A DNA stretch of 63,296 nt, filler included, from Octopus bimaculoides (GCF_001194135.2; 5 parts of 5 records of this genome joined end to end with filler, not necessarily neighbours in it); one strand, 5' to 3'; shown: positions 1 to 13,608, counted from the first letter of the whole stretch. Numbers and translations: made by a program. The notes: a model not told the origin generated them from the sequence alone.

Positions 1-215
1 TATGTATGTGTGTATATGTTTGTGTGTCTGTTTATACCCCCAAAATCGCTTGACAGCCGGTGCTGGTGTGTTTACGTCCCCGTAAATTAGCGGTTCGGCA
101 AAAGAGACCGATAGAATAAGTACTAGGCTTCCAAAAAATAAGTCCTGGGGTCAATTTGCTCGACTAAATGTGGTGCTCCAGCATGTCCACAGTCAAATGA
201 CTGAAGCAAAAGAGT
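1..215 (+). mobile_element. 3' part of a tRNA-headed SINE (same family as 46275-46645)
   Basis: Matches the tail of the complete copy at 46275-46645 (ggtgtgtttac...gtactaggctt...ggtgctccagcatg...cagtcaaatgactgaa). Confidence 0.75.
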
Positions 216-234
216 AAATAATATATATATACTA

Positions 235-610
235 TTCTATATATTTTTGAGATGAGGAATTATGTATATTATTTACAATGGACGGATAGGTGTCCGCACT
301 TTGTTGATATCACAGCGTTTGAGCTGATGTGCTCTCCAGCCTTCATCAGATGTTCTAGTGGAATTTCGCACCAAGCGCCTTAGTTGACCAATGGGGCACT
401 CTGCTCTCATTCCTAAAGTATTCTTTTCTTTCCTTTTTTGTTTTTTGTTTTTGCTGAAGTTATTTTTTAATATTATATATCAAGTCCTTGCCTGAGATTA
501 AACTTAGGATCCGAAGGTTAGTAGCCCACGCTCAAATCCACTACTACGTTAGTCAAAAAAGGTTGCGTTCGAAATTTCACCACATCAGCTGATGAAAGCT
601 GGAGACTGCA
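235..610 (-). mobile_element. Non-autonomous element with a degenerate tRNA-like head and hammerhead-like tail, plus an inverted partial copy of the tail
   Basis: Minus strand 555->490 has a weak A/B-box-like tRNA head. Minus 349->317 reads CTGATGA-ag-gctg-(10 nt)-cagc-tc-AAAC. Plus 563-610 repeats the same segment (cgaaattt...CTGATGAaagctggaga) in inverted orientation. Confidence 0.5.
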
Positions 611-622
611 TTGTATGTATAT

Positions 623-678
623 ATGTACTTTCCGGACAACCCAATGTATATATATATTGGGTTGTCCGGAAAGTACAT
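623..678. repeat. Perfect 23-bp inverted repeat made of a mariner-type terminal sequence
   Basis: 623-645 atgtactttccggacaacccaat is the reverse complement of 656-678 attgggttgtccggaaagtacat, with a 10-nt TA-rich spacer. ttgggttgtccggaaag resembles mariner ITR starts. Confidence 0.8.
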
Positions 679-962
679 GCCTCCTAATCTTTCTAACAAT
701 TATTTACATGAATCATCATTGAACTTTAAAAACTCAAGAACTATATAATGTATTGGTATACTTATTTCTTTATATATTTTTAATAGTTTTTATTTATTTA
801 ATTTTTTTTTTTGTGAAAAACATTATTTTCATTTTCTCCTCTTCTTGAAAATTTCCTATGCAATGAAAACCGGTTAGAAATCCTTTTTAATCCTCCTTAT
901 ACACATCTATATTAAAATATGTTTTCGGTTTAGCATTCTGCATTATTATTATTATTTATTTT

Positions 963-1008
<46 letters not shown>

Positions 1009-1014
1009 TGCTCC

Positions 1015-1049
<35 letters not shown>

Positions 1050-1661
1050 CAATATGTGCATAACATTACTACTGTTTATGTTACAAGCAGTTAGAATATT
1101 TTGCCTTTATGTTAATACACAGTGGTATGCACATTTATTATCTCTGAGTTCTCAGCAAATGTAACAACACTAAGATTCATTTTCATTGAATCTGTGAAAT
1201 ATGCGGCCATTTTCATATTACACAAGTTCGCGTACGCATATATGCTAGCACATACACACATATATACGTACATATTAAAACATGAGACATATAGATAGAT
1301 ATAGATAGATGCATATATACATGTTTATATTTACACGCACATATGTACACAACGCTTATATGCACACATATGCATTTATATATATATATATGTTATATGC
1401 GCTTGTGTGTGTGTGTGTGTGAAACTGTGATGGATATTGAAGTCCATATAAACATATACATATATTTGTGTGAGCTTATGTGCCTCTGTTCATTTATATA
1501 ATTAGATATTTTCCTACTTGTTATCTCGTCTATTCAGGCACATCTGTTGAGATGTAGTCTTATTGTCTTATCTTACTTCAATAGAAAGTTTGCTTTTTTA
1601 TGGTGAGAATCAACTCGGATTATTGTTGTTGTTGAGGATATTTATATCGTAATGAACTTAC

Positions 1662-1858
1662 TTGTTTAAGAATTATCTCATATCCTCCAGGTGAAGAAAG
1701 ATCAAGTATAATACACTTGTAAAATTCCAATACCGAACGGTCAAGCATTCGTAGATCATCATGTGCTTGGGATACGTCTTCTAGTCGATGCATGTATATG
1801 GATACATTATATTGTTGTCGTGTAAACGTGCTCAATATTTGTTCGATTCGCATAAGTC
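1662..1858 (-). CDS. Internal coding exon, ionotropic glutamate receptor (AMPA/kainate-like) amino-terminal domain
   Basis: Acceptor ttctccaacAG at 1860-1859 and donor GTAAGT at 1661-1656. The exon is 197 bp (phase 1 to phase 0) with an open frame (G)LMRIEQILSTFTRQQYNVSIYMHRLEDVSQAHDDLRMLDRSVLEFYKCIILDLSSPGGYEIILKQ. This resembles the iGluR ATD segment GL..LQ..L....R.L..L......IILD......IL.Q, recognised by eye. Confidence 0.72.
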
Positions 1859-2057
1859 CTGTTGGAGAAATAGAGAAAGAATTTTTATGTGATTAGACGT
1901 TTCGTTTCTATGAACCAAATCAAAGAATGTGATTTAATCTTTAATGCATCATCAACAGAGCAGAATCAAACAAAACAATGGTAAGAAAGGTTTGTGGTAA
2001 CAAAGATAAAACCGACATTTTGAGATAAATACCGAATTATTTGAAAGCCATTAATTC

Positions 2058-2091
<34 letters not shown>

Positions 2092-2938
2092 NNNNNNNNN
2101 NNNNNNNNNNNNNNNNNNNNNNNNNNNNNNNNNNNNNNNNNNNNNNNNNNNNNNNNNNNNNNNNNNNNNNNNNNNNNNNNNNNNNNNNNNNNNNNNNNNN
2201 NNNNNNNNNNNNNNNNNNNNNNNNNNNNNNNNNNNNNNNNNNNNNNNNNNNNNNNNNNNNNNNNNNNNNNNNNNNNNNNNNNNNNNNNNNNNNNNNNNNN
2301 NNNNNNNNNNNNNNNNNNNNNNNNNNNNNNNNNNNNNNNNNNNNNNNNNNNNNNNNNNNNNNNNNNNNNNNNNNNNNNNNNNNNNNNNNNNNNNNNNNNN
2401 NNNNNNNNNNNNNNNNNNNNNNNNNNNNNNNNNNNNNNNNNNNNNNNNNNNNNNNNNNNNNNNNNNNNNNNNNNNNNNNNNNNNNNNNNNNNNNNNNNNN
2501 NNNNNNNNNNNNNNNNNNNNNNNNNNNNNNNNNNNNNNNNNNNNNNNNNNNNNNNNNNNNNNNNNNNNNNNNNNNNNNNNNNNNNNNNNNNNNNNNNNNN
2601 NNNNNNNNNNNNNNNNNNNNNNNNNNNNNNNNNNNNNNNNNNNNNNNNNNNNNNNNNNNNNNNNNNNNNNNNNNNNNNNNNNNNNNNNNNNNNNNNNNNN
2701 NNNNNNNNNNNNNNNNNNNNNNNNNNNNNNNNNNNNNNNNNNNNNNNNNNNNNNNNNNNNNNNNNNNNNNNNNNNNNNNNNNNNNNNNNNNNNNNNNNNN
2801 NNNNNNNNNNNNNNNNNNNNNNNNNNNNNNNNNNNNNNNNNNNNNNNNNNNNNNNNNNNNNNNNNNNNNNNNNNNNNNNNNNNNNNNNNNNNNNNNNNNN
2901 NNNNNNNNNNNNNNNNNNNNNNNNNNNNNNNNNNNNNN

Positions 2939-2973
<35 letters not shown>

Positions 2974-3322
2974 TTTATGAATTGGTTTCAAGTGTTACGA
3001 AGGAATGGCACGCAACAAATTTATTGGGAGTTACACGTATGAAGCAAAAGTGTTTCATTGAAATTCGTTCGTACTCCGAGTTTCGAGTGTGATACAAATC
3101 CTCAGTCATTGTGGATTTGAAATTCAAATTACCAATACCTGACGATTAACAACACGCTTCGAATTCGTTGTACCGATGAATGTGAATCAAACTGTTTTGA
3201 CCCATATATGTCACTCCCAATAAATGTGTTGCGTGCCCCTTCCTTCGTTTATTCACTCACACTTATATATATATATATATAACGAAGCGTTAGCGCGAAG
3301 CATTGTTTAGGTCCGAGCAGAC

Positions 3323-3728
3323 TTTAGGCTAATTGAAGTATGTTTATCACATATTTCAAGTGCTAAAAGGCAAATGCACTGCAGTTATCGAGGAGAAAAA
3401 ATGTCGCTTATTTTAAAAAGGTGTGAAAATATGAAGTTAGTTCAGTATTACCATCCATTAGGAATCCCAGATATCGTATTGACTAAATTATATATAAAGG
3501 TATGGCTTTATTAAGTACGTTCAGAGTTGCCTCTCTTGGGTACATCTCATTGAAATGAGTAGAAAAAGTCGAAACATCGATGTTTGGGATTCCTAATAAA
3601 TGACGCCACTGAACGAAACAGGTGTTTTCACACCTTTTTACCATAAGAGAGAGTTTTCTCCACGGTAACTGCAGTGTTTCTGCCTTTTAGCAGTTGAAAT
3701 ATGTGGCAAACATCTCAACTAGTCTAAA
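3323..3728. mobile_element. MITE-like foldback with ~155-bp imperfect terminal inverted repeats
   Basis: Left arm 3323-3478 (tttaggctaattg...acatatttcaagtgctaaaaggca...aaaaaggtgtgaaaa...taggaatccc) aligns to the reverse complement of 3576-3728. Confidence 0.7.
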
Positions 3729-3790
3729 TTTTGCACATATATATATGCGTTGTTCCCTGTCGAAGCTTCTATGTTGATTAAAAAACAACA

Positions 3791-3823
<33 letters not shown>

Positions 3824-4139
3824 NNNNNNNNNNNNNNNNNNNNNNNNNNNNNNNNNNNNNNNNNNNNNNNNNNNNNNNNNNNNNNNNNNNNNNNNNNNNN
3901 NNNNNNNNNNNNNNNNNNNNNNNNNNNNNNNNNNNNNNNNNNNNNNNNNNNNNNNNNNNNNNNNNNNNNNNNNNNNNNNNNNNNNNNNNNNNNNNNNNNN
4001 NNNNNNNNNNNNNNNNNNNNNNNNNNNNNNNNNNNNNNNNNNNNNNNNNNNNNNNNNNNNNNNNNNNNNNNNNNNNNNNNNNNNNNNNNNNNNNNNNNNN
4101 NNNNNNNNNNNNNNNNNNNNNNNNNNNNNNNNNNNNNNN

Positions 4140-4183
<44 letters not shown>

Positions 4184-4649
4184 TGTGTATGTGTGTGCGT
4201 TTGTCGAGTTATAATAAAAGCAATGTCATATTAAACCAAATAATTAGTTTTTGTTAAATACACACTTATCTATAATAGTTTTAGAAAAGTCGAGGTGATT
4301 GTAACTTCGAAATTTTGTCCTGTTAGCCTGCATGTAATTTGTATAAAAGTGACTGCGATAAATTGAATTAAATTACTTTATTGTTGTTATATTGACAAAC
4401 ACTAATCTAAACAGTAATAATGTATTGTAATGATAATCTACATACATCGGGGGTTGTTACTAAAATTTGCATGGAGACGTTTTTCAATAATTTCATGAAA
4501 TAGATGCAATTATTTGTATGCGTTGAGGATTCTTTGGTATTACATATTATAGACCTTTTGTCTCATGTTAGAATGTGAGCAATTTTCATACGTTGTACAA
4601 TAACCTATTTCTAACGAATGATATTCCTCTAAGACAATTTAAATATTAT

Positions 4650-4852
4650 GGGACTGAGTGAGTGGGTGAGTGAGTGATTGGGTGAGAGAGTGGGTGATTA
4701 GGTGAATGGGTGAGTAGGTGAGTGGGTGAATGAGTGGGTGATTGGGTCAGTGAGTGAGTGAGTGAGTGAGTGGGTGTTTGCGTGAGTAGGTGGGTGATTG
4801 GGTCAGTGAGTGAGTGATTGGGTGAGTGAGTGAGTGAGTGAGTGAGTGAGTG
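4650..4852. repeat. Degenerate (TGAG)n/(TGGG) tetranucleotide satellite
   Basis: Direct reading; it explains the His/Thr/Leu-rich ORFs at 4646-5021. Confidence 0.9.
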
Positions 4853-5181
4853 GAAGACGATGACATGATCGAAAAAAGGAAGTTGGAACCAGAAATATGT
4901 GATCCCCGATTTTGAAATCACTGCATATTTTACCATAAGTCGACCCAAGTCCTTGAGTAAAATTAGACGGAACACGCACGGAAACTGTTCGGGTGGACTG
5001 TACCGGTGATTTGTATGTCACAATGCCTCACGCTCATTCATCTTCGATTTAAGTAAATGTGACATATATTTGTGGAATATGCACCCTTTTACGCGTATAT
5101 TCGACGAGCAAGTAGTTTAGTTGATCAGAAACCTTAATAATGATTATCATCTACGACACGTATATATAATAATAAAAATAA

Positions 5182-5428
5182 ATGCGCCCTTTTAAAGCCT
5201 AGCCAGGCTCATGCACCCGGTTTCCCGGTTTCAATAGGGTATGTGTTTCCCAGCTGGACGGGACACCAGTCCATCACAGTGTTACATTTTTGCCAGCTGA
5301 GTGGACTGGAGCAATGTGAAATGAAGTGTTTTGCTCAAGAACACAACGTGTCGCCCGGTCCAGGAATCGAAACCACAATCCTATGACCATGATGCTGACA
5401 CCCTAACAACTAAGGAACGCGCCTCCAC
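5182..5428 (-). mobile_element. tRNA-headed SINE
   Basis: Minus strand begins gtggaggcgcg...ttagttgttagggtgtc...ggtttcgattcctggacc (A/B-box-like). Body or tail is shared with 27490-27785, 30045-30196, 47455-47680 and 62655-62905. Confidence 0.75.
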
Positions 5429-5432
5429 ACAC

Positions 5433-5515
<83 letters not shown>

Positions 5516-5554
5516 CACACACGCATATATGCATATATATGTATATGTCAACTG

Positions 5555-5596
<42 letters not shown>

Positions 5597-7730
5597 CAGT
5601 TGACACTTAACGACTGCTGTCTTAGGTTTCCTTTTATTGATCTACTGCAAAAAGTACCAACATCAATGAGCGAACAAATGAATAAGCCATGAAAGAGCGA
5701 TAGGGAACCGAACTAGAAATCAGATTAGTTGTCAAAGTTATGCCCATTGTGATGTATAGGTATATATTTAGATAACAATATGTGTGAGTGAGTGTATGTG
5801 GAAGGATGGATGGGTGGATTGCTGCAGTTATTTAATGGCGAACTATGATAACATGAAAAATACAATAATTGCGATTTTCTATTTCCATCTAACTGAAAAT
5901 TTTTCATCCGGAATCACATGATTTCGTTCCGGGTAAACATATCTCTCACAAGTCACACACTATATGTTACAAATAATAGGACCTTACATTTTACATGAAA
6001 CAGTGTAATTGCTTAGTATTGCTTGGTTTTATAAAACCTAACATTTATATAGACCTAAAACTTGCAGGTCAGTAGGTGTATGTTCCTAATAACCATTTCC
6101 ACATATGTTGTTTTCGTCTTCAGTCTTTTCATTCGAAAATAGACTACAGCTACAATTTACAATTTCTCAGCAATTCTCTGGCAGGAAGGAAATGAAAGTC
6201 TCCGGCAAATTAATTCCAATATAAGATGAAATGAGAAAACAGAACGCTGGAGATAAAGAGATATGTTCAATGAGTGAAAACTAAGTCATATAAAGATAGC
6301 AAGCCAAGAAATGAGACAAACATTTTAATAGAAAATACGAAATTTGGCAGAAAGCCACAGCTTACACCAGTGTGTGTCATGTTTATATATTGTGACTTTG
6401 TATAGTATTGAAGATATAAGCACAAAATACTTCTTCATACTAAGGAATATATTTCATGTTCGGGAAGAAAATTTGATAGATTTTGCTAATTGTGTTTGGT
6501 AAGGCACTAATACCAATTTACATAAATATTGGTAAATCTAATCCAATATCTCTCTATATAAGTAGAATGTCGTTAAGTAAATTTAATCAAAGAAATCGAA
6601 GTAGAATGATGAAATAAGAACACCGTTCACACGAGAATAATTTATTTATACATTGATATATGTGTTAAGGACTGCGATGTAATTTGGAGATTATTATTGT
6701 GTTTACAAACGCTGACTGAATTATTTAACTCCAGTCGAAAGTGTAATTTTCGTTTAAATAGATTTTAATTAATTTAAAATAAGGCGCGGTTTTGTCTTAG
6801 TTGAACCTTACTGTACATTACCAAAGATACCGTCTTCTCGATCCCGAATAAAGACTCTGAACATTTTGGGTTTCAAGGGTTCACAACTATTCGACATTCT
6901 AACGATCAATCTCAGAGATTAGCAAGGTGTAGATGTGTAGATCTCCACAGAGTGTCTGAACAAATGTTTATCTGAAATACCACACGAAACCACATTACGG
7001 CAGGAGGCACAAAGAAGAGCAGCTCCGTCCAAGTAGCTGCTTCACCAAAGACAATACAGAAAAAACTCCCAAACACACTGAAAGGTGTTCATCTATTATG
7101 GCCACAGCCTCTGGCTGAAACCAAGTAAAAGGATAAGTGTTCATTACCATAAACACGGTACAAAGATTATAATATACCATAGGAATTGAAATTTATAAAA
7201 ACATTATTCTTCCCTATACGTCTTATAATATATTTTTGCAATCAAATTTTAGCAAAAGACGAGCGGAATTAATAGCATTGATTACATTATTCTACTGAAA
7301 GAAACCAAAAAAATACCTCGACCTTATTATGTAAGAGAAGTAAATGTGAGATTTGTTATTTACATCTCAGGCGAAAATATATTTGGTTTTTATTATCCAA
7401 GAACAATAGTAAATACACCATTATCATTCGAACAATTTAAAAATAATTTATAGTTCTATTAAAATCATACGATTAGCATTGTTCTCGTACTAATTAACAT
7501 TTTGCTGTTACATCTGTCAAGGTTTTAGTGGCTGGTGTTCAAACATGTTGGGTAATATCCTTTTGTGCATTTGGTCTATTATATCAAACCTAACACTTAA
7601 TACAGTCCGGAAAATATATGTTATCGATCACCAATAACCAATTTTCTATTTAACGGTTCTGAAATCAAGGTATGCGACTTGGTGCATTAGTTTACACAAG
7701 AACGACAATACTACAACTGATAAAGTTGCT

Positions 7731-7769
7731 ACCACCATCACCACCACCACCACCACCACCACCACCACC

Positions 7770-7834
<65 letters not shown>
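7731..7834. repeat. Compound (CAC)n-(TAC)n trinucleotide microsatellite
   Basis: Direct reading; source of the spurious poly-Pro/poly-Leu ORF. Confidence 0.95.
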
Positions 7835-8239
7835 CGATTTCTAGCATAGACACAAGGCTAGTACTTTGGAGCGTAGATGTTTAATAGATTACATCAATTA
7901 GAATGGTACTAGACATTTTCTCCTGAGACATAACAAGTACTGTTGAACTCGACAGAATTTTAACTGAGAACATAGGGATCCGAAAGAAATACTGTAAGGC
8001 GTTTTCTCCTATGTTTTAACGATTCTGCAAGAACCTTAATGTTATTTATGCTCAGATCGTTAAGAGCCCTAACTAATAACCACAAGGCGTTTTATCTTTC
8101 ACTCTAACAGCTCTATAGCGGTTTAAATGAGAATTGCACGTTTCGTAGAAGCGCTTAATTCCTTTTTATTATTTTTTTTTTTGGTTAAGGTACAAATTTC
8201 TAGACTTTCATAACATTGTTGTATTAACTGAAATATTTC

Positions 8240-8830
8240 AATCATGTCTTGAATGGCATTCCATACTTAAGTTCATTGAAAATGTCACACTGAAACATGA
8301 TGTATGAAATGTTAAACATTTCATTATGGAGAGGTAACTTCCAGTATATGTGCGCTCGAAATACGTGATGCTTGTAGCTGACTCTTGACTTAACTAAGAC
8401 TCGGGAAGCCAGAGACAACGTGATTAAATGATTCCGCTTCTTCTCAACACATTCTGCATTTATTTGATGCATTCTTTTCATATGCATTTTGCAAATTTTT
8501 GTGCCGCGATGAATAATCCTACTACCTAAGCTTTGCTACATGCGCTTCTCAGTTGTTGGAATTTCCTTTGTCTTTGTCAGTAGCGTAGCAAGAATATATG
8601 CCACCCGGTGTAGTACTTGAATTTGCTCCTACCCTTCCGGGCCATCCAAGCATATACAGGCTTATACACTTGATCCGAAAGCGCTGCCCTCATAAAAGTC
8701 TCACACCGGGTGATCTGCTAGCTCCTCCACCAACCAGCTATGTTATTGGTCTCTGTCTATATGAGTTTTCTAACTCAGGGATTCTGAATCGCTGTTTTCT
8801 TTGCCTTTCTTTCACAGGGCATTCTGTAGT
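8240..8830 (-). mobile_element. Decayed R4/Dong-like non-LTR retrotransposon, C-terminal zinc-knuckle region
   Basis: Frameshifted minus-strand peptides GLFIAAQ, NKCRMC*EEAESFNHVVSGFPSL and KHHVFRAHIYWKL match the CCHC / RH..V..I.W signature of RLE-bearing elements. Confidence 0.55.
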
Positions 8831-11800
8831 TCTATCAATAATTTACATTTAAGACTGTTTCTCTTTTCTTGTTATAACTCTGACATTTCAGTCTCTGCTT
8901 TGTACTTATTGCCTTCCTTCAAAAAAAAATTTTTTTTTCGTGTTTTGTTTGCGAATTCTAGGTTTGCATTGCTTATAATGGTTGATATTTCCAGTTTTGC
9001 TGGCCGATACCAAGATATATTGATTTTAATTATTTAAATATGTTCAGGTTTAGACTTCCATCTGATGCATGGTATCTTACAATTTTCTATATTTAAATCT
9101 TCCAAATATTTTCATTGAAATTTGTGTTCGCTTTTGTTATATTGCTGTATTTTTATAACATTTTATGACATTTACCTCTAATTTGCGGGACTTGAAAATT
9201 AACATCCAATATTTAGTATATTGTCGTTTACACCGGGAGCAAGTTTATTATTACTGGTGATGACAACTTTTGCGTGTATCAATCATTTGTACTTTTTATA
9301 CATAACATTCACAATACGAATTCCTCGTTCCACCTTGGGTTGAACTGCATGATTTTTGTGTGTATGGGAGTGTTATAATCTTTTGAGTGGTGAAAAGGCT
9401 TCATTCTAATGTTAATATGAATCGTGCTGCGATTCATTGTTCACACAAAGTGTCATATCGCCAACTGCTATGAACAATTTTAATACTTTAATTATATGAG
9501 ACAATGATCAAGATTTTTTTTTTTACCCATGTTATTAATTATCCTTTAGCATTTTAATCACTGTATCTTCTTGATCCATTTATTTGGCTTTTTGATTCTT
9601 TGCTATTGGATTCTGTTCGGAGAAGTCAAGGAGCGTTGTCGCATGTTAAACGTTCCTTGATCATCATCATCATACTCATCACATATAGTGGTTATTGTCG
9701 TCATCATGACCATCGTCATACTATTTCCAACCGTTTTACGCCAGCGAACCATTTTCATTTATTAACGCATAAATGTGTTTTACTGCAACATTTGTATATC
9801 GATTTCTTTCTTGTATTATTTTCGAATTTCGTCGGTTGTGTGGGTTATGTGCTATGTGAGTTGTGTCTTTGTTTCCACTGTGCTTTATCATAAGTAAAAT
9901 ATGTTTTCGCGTTCTTTGACAATTGTGTATAACTTATACTAGGTGGACAATGCAGTGTAAGTAGCTTAGAAAGCAATGCACACTTATGAGTATACTACTG
10001 CATAGAGAAGGTCCTACGCGAAATTCTCTATACTTATATGTAAATATGAACACTGGTTATATGTAGAAGGGTTAAGACGTATGTGTCGATCTGTACAATG
10101 GAAACTGTGATACTTGAATGGGAATGGAAAAGTGATTATATTTGGTTTAAAACCATAAACGAATGAAAATAGCTATTTTATGGCAGCACAGGAATCCTTT
10201 GCTCTAAATTAAAGTAAGATAGCATGATATCTTGAATCTACAACTTTCTAATCTGTTTAACACTTTGAGCTATCTTCTCAGCCATTCTTCTTCACTTACA
10301 ATTAGATACTTGCATAATCACACACAAAGCATACGTAGAGATATTGCATTCATATCTTCCAACAATTTTCATGCCACATCTGCATAATTATTTCAACCTC
10401 ACACCTAAGAAAGTGACTTCAAATAATAATCTAAAACTATCAGTTCTCAAATCCCTGTTGTGTCTTCTTATGAGTGTTCTCTAATATTAGAAAGAAACAA
10501 TCATCACACTGAACACCATTCACATACACAGCAGACAATAATATGTGTAATTTAGTAGAAAACACCAAGAAAATTTACATTATATGTTGTAGAAATGTAA
10601 AATGTAAACGACACTGTGAAGCTCAAACTCATTTATGGTACACGCAATCCAGAAAATTAACATTAAGAATGCTAAAACGATATATTAGTTCCATCTTGGA
10701 TTATATCGGTTCAGCCTCGGTTTCTCAGTGTCTCGCCAACAAACCACATAAAAATGTCAAGCCACATACACATAAAATAGTCAGGCAAGATTTACCGATA
10801 CGTTTAAGTGGCCAGTAAATAAAAGCATATCTCACTAGCCGTTGAAATACATTACCTATTCTTTGTTCTTTTTTGTCGGTGTAATCATTCGATAGTCCAA
10901 TGAAATCTGTTTCAACTACTCACTAATTCAATATCAATGATAGTTCTTGGTAATAGTGCGAAGTAATATTTCAAGGGCAAATAATCCTATGTGTATGAAT
11001 ATAATATATTACTGATACCTACAGAGGAACAACTCCTTCTATCACTGCCCTATAAGAAATAGTGGCCACTATAAGAAGTGGCCACTGGCATACTGAAAAG
11101 TCAACATTTGGCGGCATTTCAGAGTATATTGTGTCATCTGCCCTATATCAATTTAGATGTTGCTCGTACGTAAACAGTCTATCGCATCTCTGCGTACATC
11201 AACGAGATACTTTTACTTGGTCACATAACATGCTAGAAAATCTAGCATCTTCTCACTTAAATTACATTCTCTTACCTAGAAGGAGGAATGAACACATCGG
11301 ATACAAATGTACTAGATAGAGCATAATCGAAAAAAATATAGTATGTGCTTTGATAAGATTACATTAGATATGTAGGTATCTGCCGTTAAACATGAAATGG
11401 GTTTTCCTAGGTACAACTTGTCTGAAAAATAGACCATGTCGCCTTTGCTTTAGAAAGTGGGATCAAGGTATAGATGCATTTTTAGTAAAATGTATTAGAA
11501 TTTCATTGTCTTCCAAATTAAATTATTACCATTTTTTTTCTTTTATCAAGAGAAGAGAATTATGACAGTAAGACATTCCTATGCATTTTCATTTCCAATT
11601 TTGGAATATCTCATTGAAATATAAAAGTTTGAGTTATTTTCTCGTGTACATGTAAAATGTGTTATTGTAAAAATATGGTGAACTATCATTAAAATTCAAT
11701 TAGTGACAGGTTGAAATAGCTTTCATTAGACTACCAAATGATAAAGCTCACATAGTAAAATAAATAATGCAGAATAATTCTGTAAGAAATATAAACTTCA

Positions 11801-13608
11801 ACAGTTGGTGATATATATAATTTTATTCACCGGTCTTATATGACATACAGAGAAATCCTGTATGACGATTTTACGTTCTTTGCATTGTTTCATAAAGAAG
11901 CAGGTTGATTTAAAATAAATGAACGCGCTTATTGCTCACTGGAAGTCGAATATCGGGCATGGATACTTCGATTCACAACCAAAGAAAGCCTAGCTACCTC
12001 CACACATTTTCTATTCTTTGTCATTACCTAGCGATTATACCATATTTTTCTTATCCAGTGTTTTCAGTACAAGGATACATTATCCCATCAAGTTTAAAAC
12101 AAATTGGTATCTTGATGCATAAGATAAGACTAGGAGTATATTTTACACCTTCTTCTTAACATCGTTTCATGGGACAAATAATTTCTTATGATGTTGTATC
12201 TATGTAACAAAACATTCATTTAGTTGGCAGCTGATTTCTTTCCTGAATTTTTATATTGCACAGTACTACATTCAATATATAAAGCAAATTAACCTTAATA
12301 AGATAATTATACACCTACAAGTATTTGAAAATATTAAAACATTAAATTATACCTAATACCTCAAAATGTTATGCTCTCTCTCCTATATATATATCGTGTG
12401 TGTGTTTGTCTAAAGTTGATTCAATTTAAAAAATTTTGTTTAAATAACTGGGATACAAGAAATATGTTCAATCTTTTAATTGATCTTGTTTCTGCAAAGT
12501 GGAACCATCTGTGCAAAGCATATTTTTACGAACTATGTTACTAATTGAGATTTTTCCTCTGGCACTAGAAATAAAGAAATTAACATTTTAGCACAGAAAA
12601 AAAATACTAAAATCTATGAGATCAAACGCAACTGTTACTGACTGAAATTAATATTCTTTGTCTACAATCGATTGTAAAGCCTTTCTTTGAATAAATGTCG
12701 GTGATATAATAGCCGTCTTTAATGAAGTATAGCCATAAGCAATTATGTATAATGATAGTAATGATAGTTACTGAAGTCTTCTGACTCCAGTGCCAATCTT
12801 CGTGTTGAAAAGTTTCGAAGTCTTCTGTAATCATAGATGGGTTAAATCATTAAGTATACTGCTGATATAATTAGCAGGGAAAACTATGCTGGCGACCTAT
12901 GAAATATAATTGTACAGCAGATACTGATTATTGGATACTGTATTAAATATAACACTCAAAATCTAGTAAAATATCCTTCAAAATTCTAAGAAAGGGCCGG
13001 AAGCAACATTCTATGTAATCTGTAAATCGAGTGAGAGTATATAATTAGATGAATGGCACTGTAAATAAATACTATAGAAAAATAAACAAATGTGTGTACG
13101 TTTAAAATGTCTTGCAAAAATTGACGTGGATGGAAGACAAATTTCAAACTTTAGATGTCAATTATTATTATTATGTATTTAATATTTTCTTTGTAGTACT
13201 TCTTCTTCTTTTCCTCATGTGTGTGTGTGTGTCTTATTGTACAATGATATAAAGATTTCTGCTGACATTCCCAAACAGCACGCTTTTATTTCATAAAAAA
13301 TAAACCCTTGATAATGCAGAAATAATAACTTAGTTGGACAGTAATGTATCTTACAGCTGCTTATGCGGATGTCAAACAGAAAAGGGCTGATATCGGATCT
13401 GAGTTATCCCAGCTTGGAAAAGTCTTGTATTTTTTTTTTTAACTAGGACAACGTTAGGCAAGTGTCTATCCTTTTTCATATTGCTAAATATGTCGAGATT
13501 CCCCTCACAAGTGTTGCATCAGCGAAGATTAACTTCATAATTTGCATCCAAATACGATTAAACTTTGCATTAAAAGTAACTATCATTACACTTAATTACA
13601 ATATTGGT

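Noticed and set aside
6995-7180. ORF with a CLGVFSVL segment reminiscent of the iGluR CS...GVFAIFG motif
   Set aside because: The similarity does not extend, the frame stops without a donor, and the LHxxFITPS-like motif is absent.
7672-7884. Signal-peptide or proline-rich ORF
   Set aside because: Produced entirely by the (CAC)n(TAC)n microsatellite.
11276-11325. Possible signal-peptide first exon MLYLVHLYPMCSFLLLG with a GTAAGA donor
   Set aside because: Too short to distinguish from chance; no supporting promoter features or following ATD exons were found.
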